A stretch of DNA of 64,000 nt from Deltaproteobacteria bacterium. GTDB lineage: Bacteria > Desulfobacterota > Desulfobacteria > Desulfobacterales > Desulfobacteraceae. The DNA is taken from positions 6,614-70,613 of the forward strand of contig JAQIBP010000072.1 of NCBI GenBank assembly GCA_027858995.1, in the 5' to 3' direction. Shown here piece by piece: positions 55,180-64,000 of the stretch. The position numbers and the translations under genes were made by a program. The notes beneath the pieces were generated by a model, which did no database searches, was not told the DNA's origin, and was given only the letters and a program-made list of their open reading frames with translations. The first letter of the stretch is position 1. Every line of letters starts with the position of its first letter.

Positions 55180-56700
55180 ATGAAATCGTTTAAAGAAGTC
55201 TCTCTATTATATGAAATCAGTGAAGCTTTGAACCAGCATATGGATATGAAAAAATCTCTGTTCAAGGTGTTAAGTGTTTTATCCGACTCATTGAACCTTG
55301 TCAGGGGTATTATATTTTTGATCAACTCTGAATCAGGTGAAATCAGAATTGAAATTGCTCATGGTATTTCTAAAGAAACCATCAGCAAGGTCAAATATCT
55401 TCCAGGAGAAGGCATTGTAGGTCAGGTTATCCAGACAGGAAAACCGGCTGTTGTCCCGCAGATCAGCAAAGAACCACTCTTCTTAGATAAAACTGGCTCA
55501 AGGGATCTTGACAGAGGCCGGGAATACTCTTTTATCTGCGTGCCAATCAAAAAAGACAACCACATTGTTGGTGCCATAAGTGCGGACCGCCCCTTTGAGG
55601 GTAAAATATCTCTGGAAAAAGGAGAAAAACTTCTATCGGTTGTTGCAGCCATGGTTGCCAACCATGTCATTAATATTGAAAAAATCAGGGTTGAAAAAGA
55701 GCAGCTGAAAACAGAAAATATTCGACTGAAATCCCAGCTTGAAAACAGATATCGTTTTGACAATATCATTGGCAATTCCAATAAGATGAGAGAAGTGCTT
55801 CAGATGATTTCACAGGTATCTTCATCTCCTGCCACTGTTTTGATAAGGGGTGAAAGCGGAACAGGAAAAGAACTTGTTGCAAATTCTCTTCATTTTAACA
55901 GCAACAGGAACAAAAAACCATTTATAAAGATAAACTGTGCTGCCATACCGGAAAATTTAATAGAGAGTGAAGTGTTCGGCCATGAAAAAGGTGCTTTTAC
56001 CGGAGCGTCCCATAGTAAACAGGGTAAGTTTGAGATGGCAGACAGGGGAACCATATTCTTAGATGAAATCGGCAACATGGCTTTTGCTGCCCAGGTAAAA
56101 CTTTTAAGAGTTCTGCAGGAGAAGGAATTTGAAAGGGTTGGCGGGTATAAACCCATTAAAAGTGATGTCAGAATTATTGCCGCCACCAATGCAAATCTTG
56201 AAGAGATGGTTAAACACGGAAAATTCAGGGATGATCTCTATTTTAGACTCAATGTATTTCCCATTTATATTCCAAGCCTTAGAATGAGAAAAACAGATAT
56301 TATTCTGCTTGCTGATCATTTTCTTGAAAAATACAGAAAAATACATCAAAAAAATATTAAGAGGGTTACAACCCCTGCCATTGACATGATGATGGAATAC
56401 CACTGGCCGGGAAATGTAAGAGAGCTTGAAAACTGTATTGAACGTGCAGTTATCCTCTGCAATGAAGGAGCCGTCCACAGCTATCATCTTCCATCCACTC
56501 TTCAGACAGGAATTAAATCTAAAACCCTTCCCTCAAGCCTTGAAAATGCTGTGGCCCATTTGGAAAAAGAGATTATAATGGATTCTTTAAAAAACAGCAG
56601 CGGAAATATAAAAAAAGCTGCAAACCTTATCGGGATTACCATAAGAAAATTCTCTTATAAGGCCAGGAAATATGATATAAACTATAAACATTATCGATAG
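55180..56700 (+). CDS. Sigma-54-dependent transcriptional activator (GAF, AAA+, Fis-type HTH)
   Basis: GESGTGKE, GAFTGA and FLDEIG motifs are present, with a C-terminal HTH (IKKAANLIGITIRKFSYK). Confidence 0.9.
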   Translation: MKSFKEVSLLYEISEALNQHMDMKKSLFKVLSVLSDSLNLVRGIIFLINSESGEIRIEIAHGISKETISKVKYLPGEGIVGQVIQTGKPAVVPQISKEPLFLDKTGSRDLDRGREYSFICVPIKKDNHIVGAISADRPFEGKISLEKGEKLLSVVAAMVANHVINIEKIRVEKEQLKTENIRLKSQLENRYRFDNIIGNSNKMREVLQMISQVSSSPATVLIRGESGTGKELVANSLHFNSNRNKKPFIKINCAAIPENLIESEVFGHEKGAFTGASHSKQGKFEMADRGTIFLDEIGNMAFAAQVKLLRVLQEKEFERVGGYKPIKSDVRIIAATNANLEEMVKHGKFRDDLYFRLNVFPIYIPSLRMRKTDIILLADHFLEKYRKIHQKNIKRVTTPAIDMMMEYHWPGNVRELENCIERAVILCNEGAVHSYHLPSTLQTGIKSKTLPSSLENAVAHLEKEIIMDSLKNSSGNIKKAANLIGITIRKFSYKARKYDINYKHYR

Positions 56701-56731
56701 TGTTTGAGCGAAAAATTGTAAGGGAAATACC

Positions 56732-57841
56732 ATGAAGAGACATTTTTTATTGATAATTTTACTATTGATTCTCTCTGCCTGTGACAGTGACAAAATTCCA
56801 CCCGGGGTTTCACAGGAGAATGCTTTGAAGCAAACCACTGACTTTGAAAATATTGTCACTGTTGAACAAAAAGAGGTGCCTGGCATGTATGAAGCTGTTG
56901 GAACCATACGCCCTTTAACAGAATCTGTAATTGAATCCCAGATAAATGCCCAGGTTTTAAAGGTATCATGTGTTCCAGGCACAGCTGTAAAAAAAGGGCA
57001 GATTCTCATAAAACTTGATTCAAGAAGTCTGACAGCTCAGCTTCAACAGGCAAAAGAGGGGTTAAGTGTTGCAAAAAACAATTTAAAACAGACCTATCAA
57101 TCCATTAATGAAGCAAAAGCAGGACTTGACCAGGCGGCAGCTGCATATAACAGGACTAAAAAGCTGTTTGAAAAAAATATTGTCACTTCTCAAAAGCTGG
57201 AAATTGATAAAGCTGGATTTCTTCAGGCAAAAGCAAGACTTGAAAAAACCCAGGAAGCTGAACATTCAGCACAAGCATCAATAAGGCAGTCCCAGGAGAT
57301 AGTTAAAGAAGCCAGCATTGGGTTTGGATATTCAAATATCAAATCTCCTGCAGCTGGCGTTATAGCCCAAAGATTAATTGATCCGGGCGATCTTGCTGTT
57401 CCTGGCAAGCCTCTTTTGATTATCCAGACCAGTGGTGCTTTAAGGCTTGAAGCCAATGTACGGGAAGGCCTGATTGGAAAAATAATACTGGGCAATGAAT
57501 ATGAAGTACAAATTAAAACCATAGGCAAATCAGTGAAATCTGTCATAGAGGAAATCGTTCCCTATGCAGATCCTGCCACCCGAACCTTTATGGTAAAGGC
57601 TGCCCTGCCAAAAACTCCAGGAGTTTATCCTGGCATGTTTGGAAGACTTCTTATTCCGGTTGAAACAGACAAAACACTTCTCATTCCAAAATATGCTGTA
57701 ATCCATGTGGGTCAGTTGGAACTGGTCAATGTACAAAAAAATAAAACCTGGCAAAGGGTCTATATTAAAACCGGCAGGATATTTGGTGAAAAAATTGAAG
57801 TTCTTTCGGGCCTCTCCATTAATGAAACCATAGGATATTAA
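56732..57841 (+). CDS. RND efflux periplasmic adaptor (membrane fusion protein), lipoprotein
   Basis: The lipobox is LLILSAC. The coiled-coil hairpin and barrel-sandwich layout are typical of the HlyD/AcrA family. Confidence 0.85.
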   Translation: MKRHFLLIILLLILSACDSDKIPPGVSQENALKQTTDFENIVTVEQKEVPGMYEAVGTIRPLTESVIESQINAQVLKVSCVPGTAVKKGQILIKLDSRSLTAQLQQAKEGLSVAKNNLKQTYQSINEAKAGLDQAAAAYNRTKKLFEKNIVTSQKLEIDKAGFLQAKARLEKTQEAEHSAQASIRQSQEIVKEASIGFGYSNIKSPAAGVIAQRLIDPGDLAVPGKPLLIIQTSGALRLEANVREGLIGKIILGNEYEVQIKTIGKSVKSVIEEIVPYADPATRTFMVKAALPKTPGVYPGMFGRLLIPVETDKTLLIPKYAVIHVGQLELVNVQKNKTWQRVYIKTGRIFGEKIEVLSGLSINETIGY

Positions 57842-57844
57842 AAA

Positions 57845-60800
57845 ATGGCTGAAAAAAAGCCCTCTTTTCTCTTCAATATTGTAAAGCTGTTTTTAACATC
57901 ACAACTCTCTGTTATGCTGATTGTGATTTCATTGATGCTCGGAGCTTTCAGCATCTATATCACATCTAAAGAGGAGGAACCCCAGATTGTTGTTCCCATG
58001 GCAGATATTTTTGTTCAAGCCCCTGGAGCAAGCCCTGAAGAGATTGAAAAACTTGTGGCAACCCCGCTTGAAAAAATGCTCTGGGAAATTGACGGAGTTG
58101 AATATGTATATTCCATGTCCAAAAAGGAGAAAGCTCTTGTCACTGTGCGTTTTTTTGTGGGGGAAGATAGAGAAGACTCCATTTTAAAGCTTCACAATAA
58201 AATTGCGATGAATCTTGACAGAATTCCGTCCATTGTGACCAACTGGCTTATCAAACCAATTGAAATAGATGATGTTCCTATTTTAAACCTGACTCTCTAT
58301 TCTGACAAATACTCTGATCATGAATTAGAAAGGGTTGGAGAAGAGATGGTCGCAAGATTATCAAAACTTGAAAATATTTCAAAATCATCCATCTACGGCG
58401 GCAGAAAAAGAGAGATCAGGGTAGAGCTGGATCCTTTAAGAATGAAGGGCTTTAGTGTCTCAATACAAGACATTCAAGAAGCTCTTCAAGGAGCTGACGT
58501 ATCTACCCAGGCAGGCTTTTTAAATAAACTTAATTCACAAATCACCATAACCAGCTCCTCTTTTTTAAACTCTGTGGATCAGGTTAAAAAACTTGTAATC
58601 TCAGGCAGGGGCGCAAAACCTGTTTATCTTGAAGATGTGACAAATATCATTGACGGCCCAAGTGAAGCTGATTCCTATACAAGGATAAGCTTTTCAAATT
58701 TCTATAAAATCAGTAACAATATTCAATCTGACAAGCCTTTATCTTTCCCCTGTGTAACCCTGGCATTTTCTAAAAAAAAAGGGACCAATGCTGTTAAAGT
58801 AGCACAAAATATTCTTGAGCAGGTTGAAAAACTTAAAAAAACCATTATCCCTGACGGCATCTATATTGAAGTTACCAGGAACTATGGGAAAACTGCCCAG
58901 GCCAAGGTTAATGAGCTTTTAAAATCCCTTGGTTTTGCCATTGTTTCCGTTGTTATACTTCTGGCTTTGACCCTGGGATGGCGGGAAGCATCTGTAGTTG
59001 CAATTGCAGTGCCCATATCTTTTTCACTGGCACTTTTCATGAATTATATTCTTGGATACACCATCAACAGAGTCACTCTCTTTGCCTTGATTCTCTCCCT
59101 GGGGCTGGTGGTGGATGACCCAATAACAAATGTAGACAATATCCAACGCCATATTAAACAAAAAATTTTACAACCCTTTGAAGCTACCCTTTTTGCTGTG
59201 CAGGAAGTTCTACCGCCTGTAATTATGTCAACCATTGCCATTATTATCTGTTTTACACCGCTTGCTTTTATTACCGGCATGATGGGACCGTACATGGCTC
59301 CCATGGCGATTAATGTCCCTTTAACAGTGACTTTTTCAACACTTTGCGCCTTGACCATTGTTCCATGGGTATCATATAAATTATTAAAAAAAGAGAAAAA
59401 AAACAGTAAAGAGAAAAAAAACTCCAAACAATATCTTGCAAGGCTATACAAGGCTGCACTAATGCCGTTTCTGAACAAAGGATATATGCGGCTTATACTG
59501 TTTATTACCATTGTAATACTATTGATCGGCTCTTGTTCCCTTGCTGTTTTCAGGTTAGTACCGTTAAAACTGCTTCCCTTTGATAATAAAAATGAATTTC
59601 AAATTGTAATTGACATGCCCGAAGGGACATCCCTTGAACACACTGACAGAGTTGTCAAAAAATTTGAAGATTATCTTAAAACCATTAATGAGATAACAAA
59701 CCTTGTCTCTTATACAGGCATTGCATCCCCCATGGATTTTAACGGCATGGTACGCCACTATTTCATCCGTAAAGGCAGCCATCTTGCAGATATTCGAGTA
59801 AACCTTGTTCATAAATCCAGAAGGCAGCAGCAAAGTCATGCTATTCTTTTGCGCATAAGAAAAGATCTTGAAAAAATAGCAATGGACAACAATGCAATTG
59901 TCCAGCTTGTGGAGGTACCTCCGGGCCCGCCTGTTTTATCAACCCTTGTGGCTGAAATATATGGCAGTCATGAAAAAACCTATAAAGAGCTGCTCCAGGG
60001 TGCCGAATTTATTAAAGATATCATGGAGGAAGAGCCGTTTGTTACAGATGTTAAAATCATGACTGAAAAAAACAGCAAACGGTTTGATATAGTTGTTGAC
60101 AGGGAAAAAGCAGCTCTCCATGGTATTGATACAAAAACCATCCTTGAGACCCTAAAAAGTGCTGTTTCAGGAATTACTCCAGCAAGCATTCATCTGGACC
60201 GGGAGAGAAATCCTTTATGGATAAAGGTTATCCTGCCCCGGGATAAACGATCTGATATGGTATCTATTTCAAGTATTCCCATCAGGTCAAACATTGGCAA
60301 TATGATCCCCTTAGATGAGATTGTCCATGTAAATAAGACAAAAAACAGCAAACCCATTTATCATAAAAACCTTGAACCGGTTGTCTATGTTATTGGTGAG
60401 ATGGCTGGAAGAGCACCTGGAGAGGCTGTCCTGGATATGATGAAAAAACTTAAATACAATCCTGTAGAAGATGGTATTCATATCAACTGGTCAGGAGAAG
60501 GCGAATGGAAAATTACCCTGAGAGTTTTCAGAGATATGGGTCTTGCCTTTGCAGCAGCTCTTTTTGGCATTTATCTGCTACTTGTCATAAATACCGGCTC
60601 ATATTTTATGCCAGTGCTGATCATGATGGCCATTCCTCTGACTATTCTGGGAATTATGCCGGGCTTTTTCCTGCTCAACCTTTTTACACAAACCATTAAC
60701 GGCTTTAATGACCCGATTTTTTTTACAGCCACAAGCATGATAGGAATGATTGCCCTTGGTGGAATTGTAATTCGCAACTCCCTGGTTTTAATTGAATTTA

Positions 60801-61057
60801 TCCAGGATGCCATTGATAAAGGGGAAGCTTTCAAAGATGCCATCTTAAAAAGCGGTGTAGTCAGAATGAGACCAATTCTCCTGACAGCTTTAACCACAGC
60901 CATTGGAGCCTTTCCCATAACTTTTGATCCTGTATTCTCAGGACTTGCCTGGGCATTGATATTCGGCCTTTTTGCGTCCACACTCTTTACACTTCTCGTG
61001 ATCCCGGTCACCTATTACGCTGTTTACAGAAAACAGCATGAGGCCACCACTTTCTAA
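57845..61057 (+). CDS. RND efflux transporter permease (AcrB/CzcA superfamily)
   Basis: The protein is 1070 aa with a 12-TM layout and two large periplasmic loops. GLVVDDPI is the TM4 motif. Confidence 0.9.
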   Translation: MAEKKPSFLFNIVKLFLTSQLSVMLIVISLMLGAFSIYITSKEEEPQIVVPMADIFVQAPGASPEEIEKLVATPLEKMLWEIDGVEYVYSMSKKEKALVTVRFFVGEDREDSILKLHNKIAMNLDRIPSIVTNWLIKPIEIDDVPILNLTLYSDKYSDHELERVGEEMVARLSKLENISKSSIYGGRKREIRVELDPLRMKGFSVSIQDIQEALQGADVSTQAGFLNKLNSQITITSSSFLNSVDQVKKLVISGRGAKPVYLEDVTNIIDGPSEADSYTRISFSNFYKISNNIQSDKPLSFPCVTLAFSKKKGTNAVKVAQNILEQVEKLKKTIIPDGIYIEVTRNYGKTAQAKVNELLKSLGFAIVSVVILLALTLGWREASVVAIAVPISFSLALFMNYILGYTINRVTLFALILSLGLVVDDPITNVDNIQRHIKQKILQPFEATLFAVQEVLPPVIMSTIAIIICFTPLAFITGMMGPYMAPMAINVPLTVTFSTLCALTIVPWVSYKLLKKEKKNSKEKKNSKQYLARLYKAALMPFLNKGYMRLILFITIVILLIGSCSLAVFRLVPLKLLPFDNKNEFQIVIDMPEGTSLEHTDRVVKKFEDYLKTINEITNLVSYTGIASPMDFNGMVRHYFIRKGSHLADIRVNLVHKSRRQQQSHAILLRIRKDLEKIAMDNNAIVQLVEVPPGPPVLSTLVAEIYGSHEKTYKELLQGAEFIKDIMEEEPFVTDVKIMTEKNSKRFDIVVDREKAALHGIDTKTILETLKSAVSGITPASIHLDRERNPLWIKVILPRDKRSDMVSISSIPIRSNIGNMIPLDEIVHVNKTKNSKPIYHKNLEPVVYVIGEMAGRAPGEAVLDMMKKLKYNPVEDGIHINWSGEGEWKITLRVFRDMGLAFAAALFGIYLLLVINTGSYFMPVLIMMAIPLTILGIMPGFFLLNLFTQTINGFNDPIFFTATSMIGMIALGGIVIRNSLVLIEFIQDAIDKGEAFKDAILKSGVVRMRPILLTALTTAIGAFPITFDPVFSGLAWALIFGLFASTLFTLLVIPVTYYAVYRKQHEATTF

Positions 61058-61311
61058 TAAAGAATAGAGATAGAGATATATTGAAATATATTCAAAAATA
61101 CTACTTTTGGCTTTAACATAAATTGTAATCATGCAGAGGTTGTCGGCATAAAGCCCCCGATCCCTCAGCTTAACGTTCACGGCGGCTGCGCCGCCTGTCA
61201 ACACCGCAAGCCTTCTCCAGAAAGGATAACCAGTTTGCGTATCATGAATGATTGACAAAAGGTCTTTCGTCTTGTAATATGATCCAAAAAGATACACTAA
61301 TGAGAAATAAG

Positions 61312-62403
61312 ATGCCGAAACCATTTGTTCCAGAAAAATTGCCACTTGAAAATATTGACTGGGAAAACCTGCTCACAAGTATTGTCAGAGCAAATTCCGC
61401 CGTGGCAAAATTTGATGGCTTACTTGAAAACATACTGAACCCTTTATTGTTTTTAAACCCACTTATGACCCAGGAGGCAGTGTTATCATCAAAAATCGAA
61501 GGAACACAAGCCTCTCTGAATGAGGTTTTAGCATTTGAGGCAGCTCCAAAAAGAAAACAAGATAACATTAACGATATTGAGGAAGTCATAAATTACAGGA
61601 ATGCCCTTCTGTTTGCCACAAAGAAACTTGAAAACAGACCCATCTGCTTAAACTTTATCAAAGACATACACAAAATACTTCTACAAGGTGTAAGGGGTCA
61701 AAATAAAGCAAGAGGTGAATTTAGAAGAATTCAAAATTGGATTGGAAAATCAAATTCGACAATTGAAACAGCAAGCTATGTCCCGCCTGAACCGCATCTT
61801 CTTTTAAAATTTTTATCTAATTGGGAAAAATATTGCCACTATAACGAAAAAGACAAACTTGTACAATTAGCTGTAATCCATGCTCAATTTGAAATTATCC
61901 ACCCTTTTTTAGATGGGAACGGGAGAATCGGCAGGATCCTTATTCCACTATTTTTGTATGAACAAAAAATTCTTAAGTATCCGGTATTGTATGTGAGTGA
62001 ATTTTTTGAAAAAAACAGGCAGGATTATTATGATAATCTAAGAGCAGTATCCGACAAAAAAGCATGGTATGAATGGATTAATTATTTTCTTGAGGCAATT
62101 ACCAGTCAAGCCATAAACAACACAAATCGGGCTAAAAGTATCATTCAGCTTTATGAAGAAATGAAGTATGTTATTCAAGAAATAACCAAATCACGTAATT
62201 CATTAAAAATTCAAGATTTTCTTTTTTCAAAATTATTTTTTGAAACACCTGACTTTACAAAATCAGCAGAATTATCAAAACCGCATGCAGCCAAGGTAAT
62301 CAAAAACTTGTTAGAGAATCAAATAATAGACATAGTCACGCCTGCCCAAGGTCGACGTCCAGCAATGTATTCCTTTAAGGCATTAATGGAGATCGTTAAA
62401 TAA
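61312..62403 (+). CDS. Fic-family protein (class II, N-terminal inhibitory helix)
   Basis: HPFLDGNGRIGR is the Fic motif and SSKIEG matches (S/T)xxxE(G/N). An alternative start lies at 61300 and the track ORF starts at 61252. Confidence 0.85.
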   Translation: MPKPFVPEKLPLENIDWENLLTSIVRANSAVAKFDGLLENILNPLLFLNPLMTQEAVLSSKIEGTQASLNEVLAFEAAPKRKQDNINDIEEVINYRNALLFATKKLENRPICLNFIKDIHKILLQGVRGQNKARGEFRRIQNWIGKSNSTIETASYVPPEPHLLLKFLSNWEKYCHYNEKDKLVQLAVIHAQFEIIHPFLDGNGRIGRILIPLFLYEQKILKYPVLYVSEFFEKNRQDYYDNLRAVSDKKAWYEWINYFLEAITSQAINNTNRAKSIIQLYEEMKYVIQEITKSRNSLKIQDFLFSKLFFETPDFTKSAELSKPHAAKVIKNLLENQIIDIVTPAQGRRPAMYSFKALMEIVK

Positions 62404-62462
62404 ATAAATGAAATAGCAAGACAACTCTACTCACTCAATAAACTGATCTTTCTTGCTTTTTG

Positions 62463-62502
62463 TAGACACAAAGTCATGCTGCATTTTCGTATGTTTTCTG
62501 AT
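62463..62502 (-). repeat. 40-nt repeat, copy 2, about 60 nt downstream of fic
   Basis: TAGACACAAAGTCATGCTGCATTTTCGTATGTTTTCTGAT matches the reverse complement of 17087-17126 at 39 of 40 positions. Confidence 0.8.
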
Positions 62503-62617
62503 TTAAGCTGTGCAAGCACATGAGAGGTTTTTGTTTCCAGAGGGGAACTTCAATTTCTCCATAATCAGTGCCATACCGGGTTACAAATTCTTCAAGAAGA
62601 TATGCGCAATACGAATA
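62503..62617 (-). pseudogene. 5'-truncated, frameshifted remnant of a YheU/UPF0270-like gene
   Basis: The minus-strand translation AYLLEEFVTRYGTDYGEIEVPL, then after a frameshift LETKTSHVLAQLKS, resembles the YheU core (..FV.REGTDYGE.E..LE.KV..V..QL). It has no start codon. Confidence 0.35.
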
Positions 62618-63340
62618 TCAATACCAGGTTAACAATTCCACCTGGATATCCCCATTTTTTTCTACCATATTCTTAAATTTATCGATGTCACTGAACCCAT
62701 TTTTTCCTCTGTAATGATAAGGAATCACTACTTTTGGTTTAAATTCCAATACAGCAGATGCTGCTTGATCTTCAGTCATGGTATAAGGCGAATTCATACA
62801 TATAAAGGCATAGTCAATGTCTTTCAACATTCGCATCTCTGGAATATCCTCTGTATCGCCTGAAAGATAAATTCGTTTTCCAAACATTGTAATCACATAA
62901 CCGTTGCCCCGACCTCTGGGATGAAATTTCAGCCGATCTGTAGTAAGGTTATACGCAGGAATCGCTTCAATGTTTATTTCCTTATAGATAAAACTTTCAC
63001 CATTATTGAGAACCCTTCCCTTCTTGAGTTGTGTAACAGCATCCTTGTTTGCGATAATAAGAGTACCGGGATGTTTAACTGCATCAACTACCTCTTTGTT
63101 CAGATGATCCCTGTGAATGTCAGTGATCAAAATAAGATCCGGTTTTGGATACTGAGAAAATAATTCCGGATCTCCCACGGGGTCAACGTAAATTGTTACT
63201 GTTTTAGATTGTATGACCATTGTGGCATGTTTAATCGGATGGAACTTAATAGGTGAATTCATATCACTTCCTGAAACCATACCAGTAAATAAGATAGATA
63301 TAAAAAAGACCATAGCCACGGGTTTTATGATCTGTCTCAT
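62618..63340 (-). CDS. Secreted MBL-fold metallo-hydrolase
   Basis: A signal peptide is followed by LITDIHRDH (HxHxDH-like), GDT and further His residues downstream. Confidence 0.8.
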   Translation of the reverse strand: MRQIIKPVAMVFFISILFTGMVSGSDMNSPIKFHPIKHATMVIQSKTVTIYVDPVGDPELFSQYPKPDLILITDIHRDHLNKEVVDAVKHPGTLIIANKDAVTQLKKGRVLNNGESFIYKEINIEAIPAYNLTTDRLKFHPRGRGNGYVITMFGKRIYLSGDTEDIPEMRMLKDIDYAFICMNSPYTMTEDQAASAVLEFKPKVVIPYHYRGKNGFSDIDKFKNMVEKNGDIQVELLTWY

Positions 63341-63931
63341 AATCCCTCCTTTTTAATCAAATGAACTGAATATATCTTGTTTTATAAGGCAGGTGCTTCT
63401 TTGTTGCCTGAAAAAATATATCAAAGCTCAATAGAATTGGAAATATATTTAAAATTATACCAAGATTTTTTAAAAGATACAATTTGAATGATCCTAAATT
63501 GTGTACATGAAATTTTTCTAATTTTGATTAAACCATATAAAGAGTGGATTTTCTGTGTGATGAATGAAATTTCACCGGCCACATGATATAGTGTCAGTCT
63601 GTGATAAAAAAAACAGGCACTGTTAATAATAGTCTGGGCTTGGAAGTTCTGTGTCGGATAGATTACGTTTTTGCCATAGGCCGCACTTAAAATATTTAAA
63701 GATACCGATGCAAATCAGAACCGATACACAATAAACCGAGGAGATAGGTTGATGCGAGTACCCTTTAGGTCAAAATTCCCCTATTTCCTTTACTCTTCAC
63801 TAAAATACTGATAAAAACTTTTTAGTTATTAAAAGATCAAATATGTGTAGCGCATATCATTATAAATTCTGAGTGTTATGCGAACACTTGTATATTTACT
63901 TGTCACATTATATTCACAAAGGAAAAATACC

Positions 63932-64000
63932 ATGGGCAGAGCAAAACCTGTTAATTTACCAAGTATTCATTTTCCTACCCAAACGAAGGCAAAAGATTAT
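63932..64000 (+). CDS. Start of an unidentified CDS that runs off the window
   Basis: An ATG is preceded by AAAGGAAAA. It opens 23 codons (MGRAKPVNLPSIHFPTQTKAKDY) to the window edge. Confidence 0.3.
   Translation, partial: MGRAKPVNLPSIHFPTQTKAKDY

Noticed and set aside
60938-61345. Minus-strand ORF of 135 aa spanning the RND 3' end and the GC-rich patch
   Set aside because: It overlaps two supported genes and has no start context. It is only kept open by the GC-rich fragment. A faint ..RGLYAD.. resemblance to DDE transposases is too short to support anything.
17087-62502. The inverted 40-nt repeats as ends of a 45-kb composite transposon
   Set aside because: The enclosed region consists of core housekeeping genes (carAB, purF, trxAB, rpmB, proS, ispG). 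There is no transposase and no compositional discontinuity.
62618-62620. The MBL stop codon TGA as a readthrough or Sec codon, because an in-frame YheU-like peptide follows
   Set aside because: The MBL fold is complete at ...LLTWY. The downstream peptide belongs to an unrelated family and is itself frameshifted. No redox-Cys context was seen at the TGA.
1-64000. Scan for rRNA, tRNA, tmRNA, CRISPR arrays, intact IS elements and prophage genes
   Set aside because: I found no T-arm/acceptor-like tRNA signatures, no regularly spaced direct repeats, and no transposase, integrase or phage structural ORFs. This was a by-eye scan, so small RNAs could have been missed.

Overview
This is an AT-rich bacterial chromosomal window. 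Its gene content resembles an anaerobic, Desulfobacterota-like organism, though that placement is only an inference. It is densely coding, with about 60 genes, and I saw no rRNA, tRNA, CRISPR array or intact IS element. The housekeeping blocks are carA-carB-purF (translationally coupled), trxA-trxB-bamD-rpmB, rel, ispG-proS, nadE and a DEAD-box helicase. The largest feature is a roughly 13.6 kb minus-strand respiratory operon (26.9-40.5 kb). It runs ubiE/menG, then Alternative Complex III (actB-C-D-F-A), then cbb3 oxidase (ccoN, and a ccoO fused to an extra haem c domain), then ccoS, small membrane proteins, a monohaem cytochrome c and ccoI. It faces a plus-strand set of periplasmic accessory genes. 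A cobamide nucleotide-loop operon (cobU, radical SAM, cobS, cobD, cbiB, CbiR-like TIM barrel) lies at 48.1-53.3 kb. An RND efflux pair with a sigma54 activator lies at 55-61 kb. The strongest hidden signal is a DsbA/FrnE-like oxidoreductase at 19755-20360 (minus). Its CxxC active site is only recovered by reading an in-frame TGA as selenocysteine (U-P-W-C), and a hairpin follows directly. Other points worth a second look:
- A ~143 nt nested-palindromic repeat sits just upstream of two minus-strand genes.
- A partial ebo-like cassette (TIM barrel, DHQS-like cyclase, UbiA prenyltransferase) is interrupted by ubiG.
- Two genes are broken at A9 homopolymers.
- An ~80 bp direct repeat flanks a minimal HDAC-like gene.
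- A 40-nt repeat occurs at two loci 45 kb apart.
- A small Fic-containing islet carries gene debris.

All functional calls come from reading motifs by eye. No database search was run.
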